64,000 nucleotides of DNA from Candidatus Wolfebacteria bacterium GW2011_GWB1_47_1 (GTDB lineage: Bacteria > Patescibacteriota > Minisyncoccia > UBA6257 > UBA9933). Below, one piece after another: positions 51,299 through 61,220 of the stretch (position 1 is the first letter of the stretch; the number at the start of each line of letters is the position of its first letter). The DNA is taken from the NCBI GenBank assembly GCA_001029635.1, contig CP011209.1, positions 618,435-682,434 of the forward strand, given 5' to 3'. The notes below the pieces were generated by a model. That model ran no database searches. It saw only the letters and a list, made by a program, of their open reading frames with translations, and was not told where the DNA came from. The translations under genes and the position numbers were made by a program.

Positions 51299-51949
51299 TT
51301 ATTCGCTGAGCGTTATCGAAAGGACCTTTGCCGGCTTTACCGGTGTTGATGGTTCTCCGCTGTATCGATTTGGTGTCACTGCCGCATCCGCAATTTTATC
51401 TACCGTTTCCATGCCGTTCGTCACTCGCCCAAAAATAACATAATTCTTCGGCAACGGATAATCGGCGTGCATGATAAAGAATTGGCTGCCGTTGGTATTC
51501 GGACCCGCGTTTGCCATTGCAATCGTTCCACGGGTGTATTCTCCTGTGAACGGCTCATCCGCAAACGTGTAGCCTGGACCTCCCGTACCATCCCCTTTGG
51601 GGTCACCTCCTTGAATCATAAATCCTTTGATTACGCGGTGGAATACCGTGTTATTGTAAAAGCCTTTTTTTGCGAGGGTTTTGAAGTTTTCTACCGTCTT
51701 CTGAGTCTGCTCCTTGTTTAGTTTGATCACGATCGTGCCTTCTGTTGTTTCCACCGTCGCGGTAAATTGATTTGTCATTAGTTCTGTTGATTCCATAGGT
51801 TGTTCATTTTTTGCCGACGAAGTTAGCTGTGTTTGTTTTTGTTGCGTATTCGTATTTTTCCGTGTGATGTCTGATCTCCCATACATTCCAAGACCGATCA
51901 CTATCAACACCAAGAAAATAATGAGCGCAACTCCTTCCTTGTAATTCAT
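51299..51949 (-). CDS. Cyclophilin-type peptidyl-prolyl cis-trans isomerase, membrane-anchored/secreted
   Basis: FHRVIKGFMIQGGDP...GGPGY...GTIAMANAGPNTNGSQFFI motifs. Start set at MNYKEG. Confidence 0.9.
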   Translation of the reverse strand: MNYKEGVALIIFLVLIVIGLGMYGRSDITRKNTNTQQKQTQLTSSAKNEQPMESTELMTNQFTATVETTEGTIVIKLNKEQTQKTVENFKTLAKKGFYNNTVFHRVIKGFMIQGGDPKGDGTGGPGYTFADEPFTGEYTRGTIAMANAGPNTNGSQFFIMHADYPLPKNYVIFGRVTNGMETVDKIADAAVTPNRYSGEPSTPVKPAKVLSITLSE

Positions 51950-52025
51950 ATGTCTATTGTACCGAACACTCCCCTTCCTTTGCAACAACGACGCCTTGCG
52001 GCGTCGTTGTTCTCTCCCCCTTCTT

Positions 52026-53810
52026 TTATTTCCCCTTGGATGCTCTGACGCGATCGGTTTCCGTAAGATATTTTTTGCGGAGACGGATGCTTTTAGGCGT
52101 TACTTCTAAGTATTCATCTTCGGCCATCACTTCGAGGCCACGCTCTAATGTGACGGTAAGCGGCGGAACAAGTTGAATTGCTTCGTCTGCGCGGGATGCA
52201 CGCATGTTCGTAAGTTGCTTCCCCTTGATCGGGTTAACGGACATATCGTTGCCCTTTGCGGTGTTTCCAATAACCATTCCCTCATACACCTCAGTGTTTG
52301 CCTCAATAAACAATGTGCCACGCTCCTGCAGGTTTGCCAACGAGAATGCCAATGCCTTTCCGGCTGCCATGGAAATCATGGATCCGAGTTCGGTCTTTAC
52401 GATCTCTCCGGCATACGGGCGAAACCCGATGAACCGGCTGCATAAAATACCTTCTCCGCGCGTGTCGATCGTAAACTGACCACGATAGCCTAGTAATCCG
52501 CGTGTTGGCATTTCGAACAGGAGGCGCGTATAGCTTTCAATTTGTTTCATCTGCGTCATGATGCCACGGCGTTTGCCAAGCGTTTCGATGACCACTCCTG
52601 CCATCTTTTCCGGCACATCGATTACGACTTCTTCAAACGGTTCCATCTTTTGTCCGTCCACTTCGTGCATGATGACCTGCGGTTGGGATACTTGCAGCTC
52701 AAACCCTTCGCGACGCATGTTTTCAAGCAAGATTGCGATGTGCATTTCTCCACGGCCGTATACTTTAAAGCTATCTCCTTCGGAAAAATCAACCTTTAGC
52801 CCCACATTCACTTCCAGTTCTTTATCCAAGCGCTCCTTGATCTGGCGGGTCGTTACGAACTTACCCTCCTTTCCCGCGAACGGTGAATCGTTGACAAGGA
52901 AGTTCAAAGAGATTGTCGGCTCGTCGATGGCGATCGCCGGCAATGCCTCCTGGTCGGGGTTTGCACAAAGTGTTTCCCCAATATCGATATTTGCCAATCC
53001 TGCAATCATAACGATGTCTCCGGCGCTTACCGACGGCGAGTCAACACGTTCCAGTCCCTTAAACGAAAAGAGTTTAGTAATCTTGCCATTTCGAATCTCT
53101 CCGGTCGGCTTTTTGATGATAATCGTATCCCCTACTTTAACTGTTCCTTCATAGACGCGCGCAATGGCGAGGCGTCCTAGGAAATTGTCATAGGCCAAAT
53201 TAAACGGCTGTGCGCGAAATGGTGCATCCCCACGCATATGGCTCGGTTCTACCTCTTCGATGATTGTATCGAGGAGCGGTGTCAAATCTTTTGAATCGTC
53301 CGTTAGATGTTTTTTTGCAATACCTTCTCTTCCAATCGCATAGACGGTCGTAAAGTTGAGTTGCTTGTCGGTCGCTCCTAGATCCATAAACAGTTCCAAA
53401 ACCATTTCATGTGCTTCGTCCGGATTTGCTGCCGGCTTGTCGATCTTGTTAATGATGACGATCGGCTGCAACCCCAGTTCGAGCGACTTCTTAAGTACAA
53501 AGCGAGTCTGCGGCATCGGGCCTTCCTGTGCGTCGACAACCAACAAAACGGAGTCGATCGAGCGCAGTACGCGCTCCACTTCGGACCCGAAATCCGCGTG
53601 ACCAGGCGTGTCCACAATATTGATCTTTGTGCCCTTATACATTACTGACGCATTCTTTGCGTAAATGGTAATGCCACGCTCCTTTTCGAGCGTGTTACTG
53701 TCCATGCTGACACCCTCCGCGGCTGCTCCTGTCTGTTTTAGAATAGCGTCGGTTAGTGTTGTCTTGCCGTGGTCAACGTGTGCGATGATCGCAATGTTTC
53801 GGATTTCCAT
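52026..53810 (-). CDS. typA: Translational GTPase TypA/BipA
   Basis: IRNIAIIAHVDHGKTTL, DTPGHADF and NKID motifs. 594 aa. Confidence 0.95.
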   Translation of the reverse strand: MEIRNIAIIAHVDHGKTTLTDAILKQTGAAAEGVSMDSNTLEKERGITIYAKNASVMYKGTKINIVDTPGHADFGSEVERVLRSIDSVLLVVDAQEGPMPQTRFVLKKSLELGLQPIVIINKIDKPAANPDEAHEMVLELFMDLGATDKQLNFTTVYAIGREGIAKKHLTDDSKDLTPLLDTIIEEVEPSHMRGDAPFRAQPFNLAYDNFLGRLAIARVYEGTVKVGDTIIIKKPTGEIRNGKITKLFSFKGLERVDSPSVSAGDIVMIAGLANIDIGETLCANPDQEALPAIAIDEPTISLNFLVNDSPFAGKEGKFVTTRQIKERLDKELEVNVGLKVDFSEGDSFKVYGRGEMHIAILLENMRREGFELQVSQPQVIMHEVDGQKMEPFEEVVIDVPEKMAGVVIETLGKRRGIMTQMKQIESYTRLLFEMPTRGLLGYRGQFTIDTRGEGILCSRFIGFRPYAGEIVKTELGSMISMAAGKALAFSLANLQERGTLFIEANTEVYEGMVIGNTAKGNDMSVNPIKGKQLTNMRASRADEAIQLVPPLTVTLERGLEVMAEDEYLEVTPKSIRLRKKYLTETDRVRASKGK

Positions 53811-53888
53811 ACAAAAAAGCCCCCTGAGGCACTAGTGATTAATTGAGCTCCCATTATATCCTTAATCTATAAATTTGTCCAGTCAAAA

Positions 53889-53913
53889 AAGCCCCCGAAT
53901 CGAAAGGGGGCTT
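53889..53913 (-). terminator. Intrinsic terminator, family 2-like (gcccccgaatcgaaagggggc), T-run fused to TTGACT
   Basis: Hairpin plus T6 on the minus strand after the HAD gene. Confidence 0.7.
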
Positions 53914-53923
53914 ATCTAGGCAA

Positions 53924-54553
53924 TTAGAATAACAGCTGCTTGAGCCAGCGGATCTTCCTTGCTCCTTTGATGGTTTGTGCGCTGTTGGTGAGCCAGTAGA
54001 CTCGCATGCCAGCCGCTAGGGCCGACTCAACTCCCGCCTCACCATCCTCGACGGCGATACAGTCTCTTGGTTCGCATTCGAGCCGCTCTGCCGCAAGGAG
54101 AAATACGTCCGGAGACGGCTTCCCTTTGGCTACTTCATCGACTGACGCGTAACAGCTTATGTAACGATCCATCTGGATCGTCGACATACATAGTTCGATC
54201 CATGCAAGTGGTGATGCGGATGCTATCCCCATGGGGATTCCTCGTCTGTGTAATTTCCTGAGCAGCTTTTGTGCGTAATCAATCGGTTCTATTGAGCGGG
54301 CTATCGCCATTATCTGCATCCTCCGCCACTTCTCTTCAAGGAGTTCTTGCGGATCATGGCGTGGAGCCAGCTGGCGAAAAACCTCGCGTGTGTGCACACC
54401 GGCAAAGCGCCGCGAAATTTCTTCGGGCCTAACTGCGATACCATACTGTGCCAGCACAGCCGCTTCTGCCGGCGCATGAAATTCCTTTTGCGTCTTCACT
54501 AACGTACTATCGAGATCAAAGATCCATCCCTGTTTTGACCAGAGTTCGTTCAT
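53924..54553 (-). CDS. HAD superfamily hydrolase (beta-phosphoglucomutase-like subfamily IA)
   Basis: WIFDLDSTLV (DxDxT) and ...VEDGEAGVESALAAGM... motifs. AAGGAGGG SD. GC-elevated. Confidence 0.75.
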   Translation of the reverse strand: MNELWSKQGWIFDLDSTLVKTQKEFHAPAEAAVLAQYGIAVRPEEISRRFAGVHTREVFRQLAPRHDPQELLEEKWRRMQIMAIARSIEPIDYAQKLLRKLHRRGIPMGIASASPLAWIELCMSTIQMDRYISCYASVDEVAKGKPSPDVFLLAAERLECEPRDCIAVEDGEAGVESALAAGMRVYWLTNSAQTIKGARKIRWLKQLLF

Positions 54554-54623
54554 AATCCCTCCTTTTACTATCTAGTTGTAGTGATCTATTACCAAGTGTT
54601 GCACGCGATCGTTTTGTTGTCAA

Positions 54624-54652
54624 AAAAGCCGCCCGATATTCGGGCGGCTTTT
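54624..54652 (-). terminator. Intrinsic terminator after gene 54663..55160
   Basis: aagccgcccg atatt cgggcggctt plus a T-run on the minus strand. Confidence 0.7.
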
Positions 54653-54662
54653 GAGTTGTGCG

Positions 54663-55160
54663 CTAGATGAGACTTCCTCCGAAGTACTCATGAAAACCGA
54701 GCACTTCCCCCGCTTGGTCATGGTCAAACCTAATTTCTTCTCGTCCTTTGAATTGGACGAAATTCCCACCAGGTTCAACCACATTCTCGTACCGCATACC
54801 AATGCGAGTGTGAGCCTTCGGCCCACGACCCCCATTAAAAAAGTGGCATACGTATGCCGCACCAAGCGCGTCTTTGAGGAGCGGGATTACCTCTTTGGGA
54901 TAACTTCCACCATACGACATCCACCAGACGGGCATGCCCCCGAAGAATATCATGGTCATCCCCGCCGAACGGTCAGAATGAGGCGTCGTGTAGTAGTAAT
55001 CGACTACCTTATAGCTCCCTCGTACGAACTGGATAGTGGTACACCCTGTTATAGACTCCTTGGTCTTAGTTACTCCATCCCCATCCCCTACATACCCAGC
55101 CAGCATTGCTGCAAAGAAAACGTGCTTCGCTTCTTTGAGTACTGCGTCTCTGACGATCAT
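54663..55160 (-). CDS. Hypothetical protein (165 aa), possibly DUF5680-like
   Basis: GGAGG lies 8 nt upstream of the ATG at 55160. The family call is from memory of a WMxYxG-containing pattern only. Confidence 0.55.
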   Translation of the reverse strand: MIVRDAVLKEAKHVFFAAMLAGYVGDGDGVTKTKESITGCTTIQFVRGSYKVVDYYYTTPHSDRSAGMTMIFFGGMPVWWMSYGGSYPKEVIPLLKDALGAAYVCHFFNGGRGPKAHTRIGMRYENVVEPGGNFVQFKGREEIRFDHDQAGEVLGFHEYFGGSLI

Positions 55161-55199
55161 TACTAGCACCTCCGTTCCTTGAATTAATCTACTAAAAAC

Positions 55200-55223
55200 A
55201 AAAATAGCACAAATGTGCTATTT
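55200..55223 (-). terminator. Hairpin terminator of the DoxX gene, embedded in the next promoter
   Basis: On the minus strand, TTGACA aaatagcac attt gtgctattt TTG: the hairpin occupies the spacer between TTGACA and a TATTTT -10-like element. Confidence 0.55.
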
Positions 55224-55236
55224 TGTCAATATATTT

Positions 55237-55713
55237 TCATTTACACCATAGGCACTTCTTTATCCAAGTAGGAAGCTGCCTCGATCTCTGTATCATACCA
55301 TCAATACCCCAATATATTCCCGCATTGAAGACAACCAGCACAATAAATCCAGCGATGTAGATAATATGCTCGTCGACAATGTAGGCGTGCTCCCCTGCGT
55401 ATGGAAAGTTAAGCGTTGGAATATAATACAATGCCATAATTAGTACTCCTAGCGATGCGGCAATCCGCGTACCAACACCAAGCATAAGCGTCGCACCTAC
55501 GAGAAATAATCCCCACTCGTTCAGCATATCCACCCATGTTATATTTTGCGGCAACGCAAGCCAACCATAAAATCCTGATAGGGTTTGAGCACCGGCGAGA
55601 TAACCTACAGAAGTCCATTCCGGATTCATTAGCTTTGCAATGCCCGCATACAGAAACAACGCCCCAAGCGCCATACGCAAGAGAAACACTGCTTTTTTCT
55701 GTGATTGTGTCAT
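55237..55713 (-). CDS. DoxX family membrane protein
   Basis: ...LRMALGALFLYAGIAKL... and 4 TM segments. Start set at MTQSQKK. Confidence 0.75.
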   Translation of the reverse strand: MTQSQKKAVFLLRMALGALFLYAGIAKLMNPEWTSVGYLAGAQTLSGFYGWLALPQNITWVDMLNEWGLFLVGATLMLGVGTRIAASLGVLIMALYYIPTLNFPYAGEHAYIVDEHIIYIAGFIVLVVFNAGIYWGIDGMIQRSRQLPTWIKKCLWCK

Positions 55714-55731
55714 ATGTATACAGTATAGCAA

Positions 55732-58700
55732 TTAATCCCCCTCTTGTGTCATTAAATCTCGCAGTGCGCAATACTCGCATTCTTGATCATCACATCGCTT
55801 ATCCCAAAACGCTCCTTCAATAATCTCGGACCCAACCCTTATAATTTCCTTTTCGAGTTTGACTATTTCTTCTGGCGTTACTTCAAACATTTCCTTCTTA
55901 TATTTTCCACTTTGCATCGGCTCTATAAAATCAACATCCGCCGATACCATATCATACTTTCCTTGCCTATCTAATAGGATCTTATAGAAGACTAGCTGAC
56001 GTTTTATTCCTCCTCCTTCGGTCTTTATTTCGTCATCACCTTCCATCTCATCATCCTTTGCAACGCCTTCTATTTGATTGCGGGATTTCGGCTTACCTGT
56101 CTTATAATCTACGACGTTTACTGCCTTCCCTGTATCGATAAATTCCATCTTGTCGATCTTTCCGGTCAGGCGGATCTCTGGGGTCATCATCACGTCGCTT
56201 ACCGCGTATTCGGTAAGAACGTTCCCTCTCCATATTTGGTGATACGTATCGTACCACCCTTCAAGCGCAGTTATTCCTTTTTTCTTTGCATCTTCAAAAT
56301 CCCTTCCTGTAAGCGATTGATGGCCGAGATGATATACGAATTTATCGATCAGAAACTGCTTGTCAGCACCCCGTTCGGCTAGCGCGTTGAAGAAGTCTTG
56401 CAGCGCGTTGTGCACTGCAGTCCCGAACATTTGGTGCTTTTCGGGGGCTCCGGGGATGCGCAATAGGTTTGAATAGAAATAGCGCCATGGACAGGTTAGA
56501 TAATTATTTAATGCAGTTGCCGAAAGGCCGTTGCGCATAAACAGCTCTTTGATATATTCCTTATCTCGGATATCCACAGACGTGATTGCGCGCTGAGTAA
56601 ATAATAATTCTTTGTGTCGGTTTAGCTCCTTTTCATATTGTTCTACTTGCATCGGCTCACATAGGTCTTCGCGTATCTCGCTAATAAATAACGAGGGTAA
56701 TAATTCCCGTTTGTGCGTATTTTCCTTTGCGTATGATACTGTTGCTGTCTGCTTTGCGCGTGTAAGCGCGACGTAAAATAGCCTTCGCTCATCGGCGTTT
56801 TCGTCATCACCTTCCATCATAAGATCTTCTGTCCGCGCAAATACGCTCATCGGCAGTACGAGCAACTCACGACTTCTCTTGTTGCCCCAATGCGTATCAA
56901 ATACATTGATAATATAGACATGATCGAACTCGAGACCCTTCGACCGATGCGCGGTCATTAGGCGCACCTTTCCTGTTCCATATCCACCAATGCTTCTTTT
57001 AATGGTTAGTCCATGTCGCTCCATCGTGTCCAGATGCGCGAAAAGGTCTGCGAGTTTTGCGTCTCGGTGCGTTTCTACTATTTTTTTAATCTCGTCAAAA
57101 AAGGCTGCCAGTTTTTCCATCTTCTCAACCGGTTCGGTACCCTTAAGTACGTGCGCCAACAGTCCTGATTCACGCATAATCATCTCTACGCTTTCGGCTA
57201 GACTCTTATTCTTCGCTGCCGCATTCCACTGCGCCATTTTCCCATATATTTTCTGCATACCTTCCGGATCCTGCAGATTCAGTTTTTCGTCGTGCATTAT
57301 TTGCTCTGATCGCACTACCTCGTAAATGGAGGTCCTGTTTCGATTTGCATATTCCATGCATTTATACAGGTCCAGTGGTTCAATGCCAAGAAAATCAATA
57401 TGCAACATTGCAATGAATTCCTCCGGAGATCCGAATGTATTGACCGCCCGTAATATGCGCACCATCTTTCCGATTTCATCATCACGCATGATGTCCTGAT
57501 CGGACTCTATGGCAGCGGGAATCCCCACACGCTCAAGCATCTCCATTATCGGGAATGCATCTCGATTATTTCTATACAAAATAGCGATCTCTTCTGGTTT
57601 AACTCCTTGAGCGATCCGTTCTTTTATATCGCGCGTGATACCGTATTGCTCGGCATCCTCATTTGCGAAGGAGCCAATCCTTATCGGTCGTGGGGTATGC
57701 GGGGCGTTTGCTCGCAATTCCTTTTTTCCAGGGATGACCCCATGCGCAGCATCGAGAATGATCTGCGTGGATCGATAGTTTTCTTCCAATACGATCAGTT
57801 GCGCTGATGGATATAACTTCTGAAAGTACAGGAAATTTTCGAGAGATGCGCCCTGAAACCGGTAGATTGCTTGCTTCTCATCACCTACTACAAAGATATT
57901 TGGGTCCTGATGAAATCCACACAGCAATTCAACAATCTTGTTTTGCGCATTGTTCGTATCTTGATGTTCATCCACTAGAATATATTGATACTGCTCCTGT
58001 AATAGAAGCAGCAGATTCGCATCCTTTTGCAGTGCCCCTAGCGCTTCCATAATCATATCGGCATAGTCATACCACTTTCCTTCGGCAAGCGCCTGCTCAT
58101 ACGCCTCATACAATAATACAAGCTCTTCGTTCTTTTTTATATTTTTTTGTTGCTTTTGGTACACCCCCTTCATCTTTCCCTTGTGGGCACCTTTGTCGTA
58201 ATACAGATCCTCGATGCTCTCGAATGCGCGCAACTCTTTCCCAACGATCTCCTTAAACCGGTCGACCGAAACACCTTCCTGCTTTAATTTGTCGATTGAT
58301 GACAAAATTTTCCCGACATAATATGTTGGGTCTCCATACGGTCTTAGGAGCTCTAATGGATGCTTTTCGAGCATCTGCTCGATAATCCGTACTCGGTCGA
58401 CTTCGGTTACCGGTTCGGCCCCGATGATCCTCGGAAAATTTTCCGGATAATTGCCAATAATATCATTACAAAATCCATGGAATGTACTGATCGCTACCGT
58501 GTATGCCGGGCCACCGATCAACTCCATAAGGCGGCGGCGCATCGATACCACTCCTGATTCCGTAAAAGTGAGCGCTAGAATATTATCTGGCTCCATATCT
58601 GTCTTTTGCAAAATGTTCGCAATGCGAAGCGTTAGTATCTGCGTTTTTCCAGTGCCTGGCCCTGCGATAACCATAACAGGGCCTTCTATCGTATCTACTG

Positions 58701-58758
58701 CGTGCTTTTGCTGTGCGTTAAGTTTTGCGTATGCGACTCGGAATGCATCGTTGATCAT
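55732..58758 (-). CDS. UvrD/PcrA/AddA-like superfamily 1 helicase fused to a C-terminal PD-(D/E)XK nuclease with a Cas4/AddB-type Cys cluster
   Basis: AGPGTGKT Walker A, DEHQDTN and TAHRSKGLEF helicase motifs. C-terminal VDYKTGKP plus Cys at CPWRY and CDDQECEYC. Confidence 0.85.
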   Translation of the reverse strand: MINDAFRVAYAKLNAQQKHAVDTIEGPVMVIAGPGTGKTQILTLRIANILQKTDMEPDNILALTFTESGVVSMRRRLMELIGGPAYTVAISTFHGFCNDIIGNYPENFPRIIGAEPVTEVDRVRIIEQMLEKHPLELLRPYGDPTYYVGKILSSIDKLKQEGVSVDRFKEIVGKELRAFESIEDLYYDKGAHKGKMKGVYQKQQKNIKKNEELVLLYEAYEQALAEGKWYDYADMIMEALGALQKDANLLLLLQEQYQYILVDEHQDTNNAQNKIVELLCGFHQDPNIFVVGDEKQAIYRFQGASLENFLYFQKLYPSAQLIVLEENYRSTQIILDAAHGVIPGKKELRANAPHTPRPIRIGSFANEDAEQYGITRDIKERIAQGVKPEEIAILYRNNRDAFPIMEMLERVGIPAAIESDQDIMRDDEIGKMVRILRAVNTFGSPEEFIAMLHIDFLGIEPLDLYKCMEYANRNRTSIYEVVRSEQIMHDEKLNLQDPEGMQKIYGKMAQWNAAAKNKSLAESVEMIMRESGLLAHVLKGTEPVEKMEKLAAFFDEIKKIVETHRDAKLADLFAHLDTMERHGLTIKRSIGGYGTGKVRLMTAHRSKGLEFDHVYIINVFDTHWGNKRSRELLVLPMSVFARTEDLMMEGDDENADERRLFYVALTRAKQTATVSYAKENTHKRELLPSLFISEIREDLCEPMQVEQYEKELNRHKELLFTQRAITSVDIRDKEYIKELFMRNGLSATALNNYLTCPWRYFYSNLLRIPGAPEKHQMFGTAVHNALQDFFNALAERGADKQFLIDKFVYHLGHQSLTGRDFEDAKKKGITALEGWYDTYHQIWRGNVLTEYAVSDVMMTPEIRLTGKIDKMEFIDTGKAVNVVDYKTGKPKSRNQIEGVAKDDEMEGDDEIKTEGGGIKRQLVFYKILLDRQGKYDMVSADVDFIEPMQSGKYKKEMFEVTPEEIVKLEKEIIRVGSEIIEGAFWDKRCDDQECEYCALRDLMTQEGD

Positions 58759-58895
58759 ATAACCTATGATACCATGTCTGATATTTTATCAAAACTACTA
58801 CATGAGCTTGCAAAAAATTCAATACTAGATATAGTCTGCTGAATCAACGTTTTTTATATACCCGCAGATGCGATAGGGGTATATTTTGAGCAATA

Positions 58896-60071
58896 TCACT
58901 CCACGACGAATGATCCGCGGACCATACCCATCCAACAGCTGAATGGAATTTTCCCATCTTCTTTTGGCGTAAAGTATAGAACGTTATCTCCCGGTTCTAT
59001 ATCTTTTGTAATATTGAGTGACGGGATAATAATTCGATTGGTACATCCGCTAACCTGTTCGGCGCTAATAATCCATTTGACCGGTATTCCTTTCTTTAAT
59101 TCCAACGATTCCGGCTCGAACCCTTTTGCGGTAATGCGCGTCCTAACCTCTTGTTCATCTCCTGCTGGGACCTGTTCCTCTGCCACATTACCGGTTAGCT
59201 CCCCAGTCCGTGCGGGCGTAACTGTTCCCCAAAGTGCATGCCCCGCACTGAATGTAGCAATCGCAAACAAGAGCACAATCACCCCGGATACCTTCTTAAA
59301 GATGGACATGTTGTTTGCCGATGACCAGCTGCTTGCGACTCCAAGCGCAAGTAGTGCCGGCATCGTACCAATGGCAAATAACGCCAAACTTGCGCCTCCG
59401 ATCCAAGCGCTTCCTGATGCCAATGCAAACAACTGCATACTTTGGGTAAAGCCACACGGTAGGAAGAAGCTCAGTCCGCCCAGTACAAACGGTGTCGTAG
59501 GGTGATCTGATGTGCTTAATTTGTGCCACAATTTTGACATTCCCTCCGGAGTGCGAATTCCAAGACGCGCGATCGATGGAACTAATCCTAAAATATTTAA
59601 TCCGAGCCACGCCATAATGACCGCAATCACAATATTAAACACAGCAATCGTTGCGACGCTGATATGGATTGTGCCGCCGATCGCCCCTAGCGTGCTTCCT
59701 AGTACAAAAAAGGATGTTATTCTCCCAACATGAAATGTGATATGTGGCTGAGTAGCCCGTATCAATGACCTGTTATTTTTTCCCGCATAGCGTTGCGCGA
59801 ATGCGACCACCACTCCACCGATCGTCGCCATACAAGATGATAGCGATGCAACGATGCCGATTAATACCGCAACGCCGAACGTAATCTCTGCGCTGCCTGG
59901 CCCCAGCGTATCGAATGCCCCTGTCGAACGGATCATATTATAGAATATAATCATGATGGTTACGATACCGATCGCAGAAATCCATTCGTATAGACTCGAT
60001 CCTTTATATTTTGAATGCGCAGAGACACAGCATTTATCTTGCTGCGCATGTTTTGTAATTATTTTTTGCAT
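58896..60071 (-). CDS. DsbD_2/TauE-like polytopic membrane protein with a C-terminal cupredoxin-like domain
   Basis: Six or more TM segments, followed by a soluble beta-rich tail ...ITAKGFEPESLELKKGIPVKWII...SCWMGMVRGSFVVE. Family assignment is from overall pattern only. Confidence 0.55.
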   Translation of the reverse strand: MQKIITKHAQQDKCCVSAHSKYKGSSLYEWISAIGIVTIMIIFYNMIRSTGAFDTLGPGSAEITFGVAVLIGIVASLSSCMATIGGVVVAFAQRYAGKNNRSLIRATQPHITFHVGRITSFFVLGSTLGAIGGTIHISVATIAVFNIVIAVIMAWLGLNILGLVPSIARLGIRTPEGMSKLWHKLSTSDHPTTPFVLGGLSFFLPCGFTQSMQLFALASGSAWIGGASLALFAIGTMPALLALGVASSWSSANNMSIFKKVSGVIVLLFAIATFSAGHALWGTVTPARTGELTGNVAEEQVPAGDEQEVRTRITAKGFEPESLELKKGIPVKWIISAEQVSGCTNRIIIPSLNITKDIEPGDNVLYFTPKEDGKIPFSCWMGMVRGSFVVE

Positions 60072-60077
60072 TGTTTT

Positions 60078-60533
60078 TTATAAGGCGGCTTCGTGTATCG
60101 TCTCATCAACCTTCATTTCAATTCGCCGCTCCCAATCCATGCGCCGTTCAAATCCGCTTTTTTCCAACCGTTCCGAAATACGCCAAATACCCTGATAGAG
60201 CTTTTGTATCTCGATCAAGAGTTCGGGCATCGTTTGTTTTGTGGAAACTAATATCGACTTCTTACCTTTGAAGATACGCCAGATGACAGGGTCGATCCCG
60301 TAGGCCTTACCGCCATATTCTACAATCAGTAGATCATGATGAACCTTGCGGTCGATAATACCTTTTACAATATAGATACGCGCGTTAGGAAGCTCATCGA
60401 GAATCCAATTTCCCGCCAGATGGACAACCTCATCGCAATAATTTTGAGCCAAAATGGGCAGCGGTTTATCACCCACCTTCTTGAGTAGATGTATCATCTT
60501 CTTCTGGACACCCTCAATTAGCTCTTTAGTCAT
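60078..60533 (-). CDS. Hypothetical protein (151 aa)
   Basis: Long uninterrupted ORF in the operon direction. No SD and no family recognised. Confidence 0.55.
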   Translation of the reverse strand: MTKELIEGVQKKMIHLLKKVGDKPLPILAQNYCDEVVHLAGNWILDELPNARIYIVKGIIDRKVHHDLLIVEYGGKAYGIDPVIWRIFKGKKSILVSTKQTMPELLIEIQKLYQGIWRISERLEKSGFERRMDWERRIEMKVDETIHEAAL

Positions 60534-60601
60534 AGTGCAATTATATCACTTTATTCTTCCGCAATAAAAGCCCCTTCTTGAGAGGCTTTTATTGTGTCAT
60601 C

Positions 60602-61060
60602 TTATCGAGCAATATCGCCACAGGCATAATAGATTCCGGCTTCTTGAGGCGATTTATGTACATTAATTGCCAGTGGCAATCCTCCAAGCAACTTTGTCAT
60701 TGGTACATCGAGTATCGTCGTTGATTCACCATCAACCGGAAATGTAAGTGGGTAGACTACTTGACCGATTGATGCACACGTCCCTGTGTGGATATGTGCA
60801 GGCTGGACTACTCCCTCCGGCCCTCCTGTCAGTTTGAGGACCACCTGCGTCTTTCCATTTGTAGCAGTCAGTGTTGCGGTTCCCATTTGTCCTGATCCAT
60901 TTTGGGAATCAAGAACAACGACCATTGCCTGCGCCTGCGGAGCTGGTACGGAAATTTCAGGGGCAGTCGTTCCTCGGCGAAATGCTTGAGAAGCGCCATA
61001 TCCTCCTATAGCTATCGCAATCAGCACCAATGTACCAAACATGACCATTTTTTTGTCCAT
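60602..61060 (-). CDS. Secreted hypothetical protein, CHRD-like (AHIHTGTC ... AINVHKS pattern)
   Basis: Signal anchor, then a single beta-rich domain with AHIHxGxC and NVH motifs reminiscent of CHRD domains. Confidence 0.45.
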   Translation of the reverse strand: MDKKMVMFGTLVLIAIAIGGYGASQAFRRGTTAPEISVPAPQAQAMVVVLDSQNGSGQMGTATLTATNGKTQVVLKLTGGPEGVVQPAHIHTGTCASIGQVVYPLTFPVDGESTTILDVPMTKLLGGLPLAINVHKSPQEAGIYYACGDIAR

Positions 61061-61220
61061 TGTTTTCGTATATGTATGTAGTTTTTGTCTGTATGCCCTA
61101 TGCCACAGTCGACCTACTGGGTATGCTATGTATCATGCATTATTATATCACGTACTAGTATATAAGACGACTTTCGTTTGTATTGCATTTACTAGCGGTA
61201 TATAAGCGCATTGTGTAATT

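Noticed and set aside
58856-58884. CsoR-type copper-repressor operator (ATATACCC-N13-GGGTATAT) next to the cupredoxin-domain membrane protein
   Set aside because: Known CsoR boxes, as I recall them, have a much shorter spacer between the ATACCC and GGGTAT arms. The element lies downstream of the gene's stop codon, not in a promoter. It is more simply a weak terminator or 3' hairpin.
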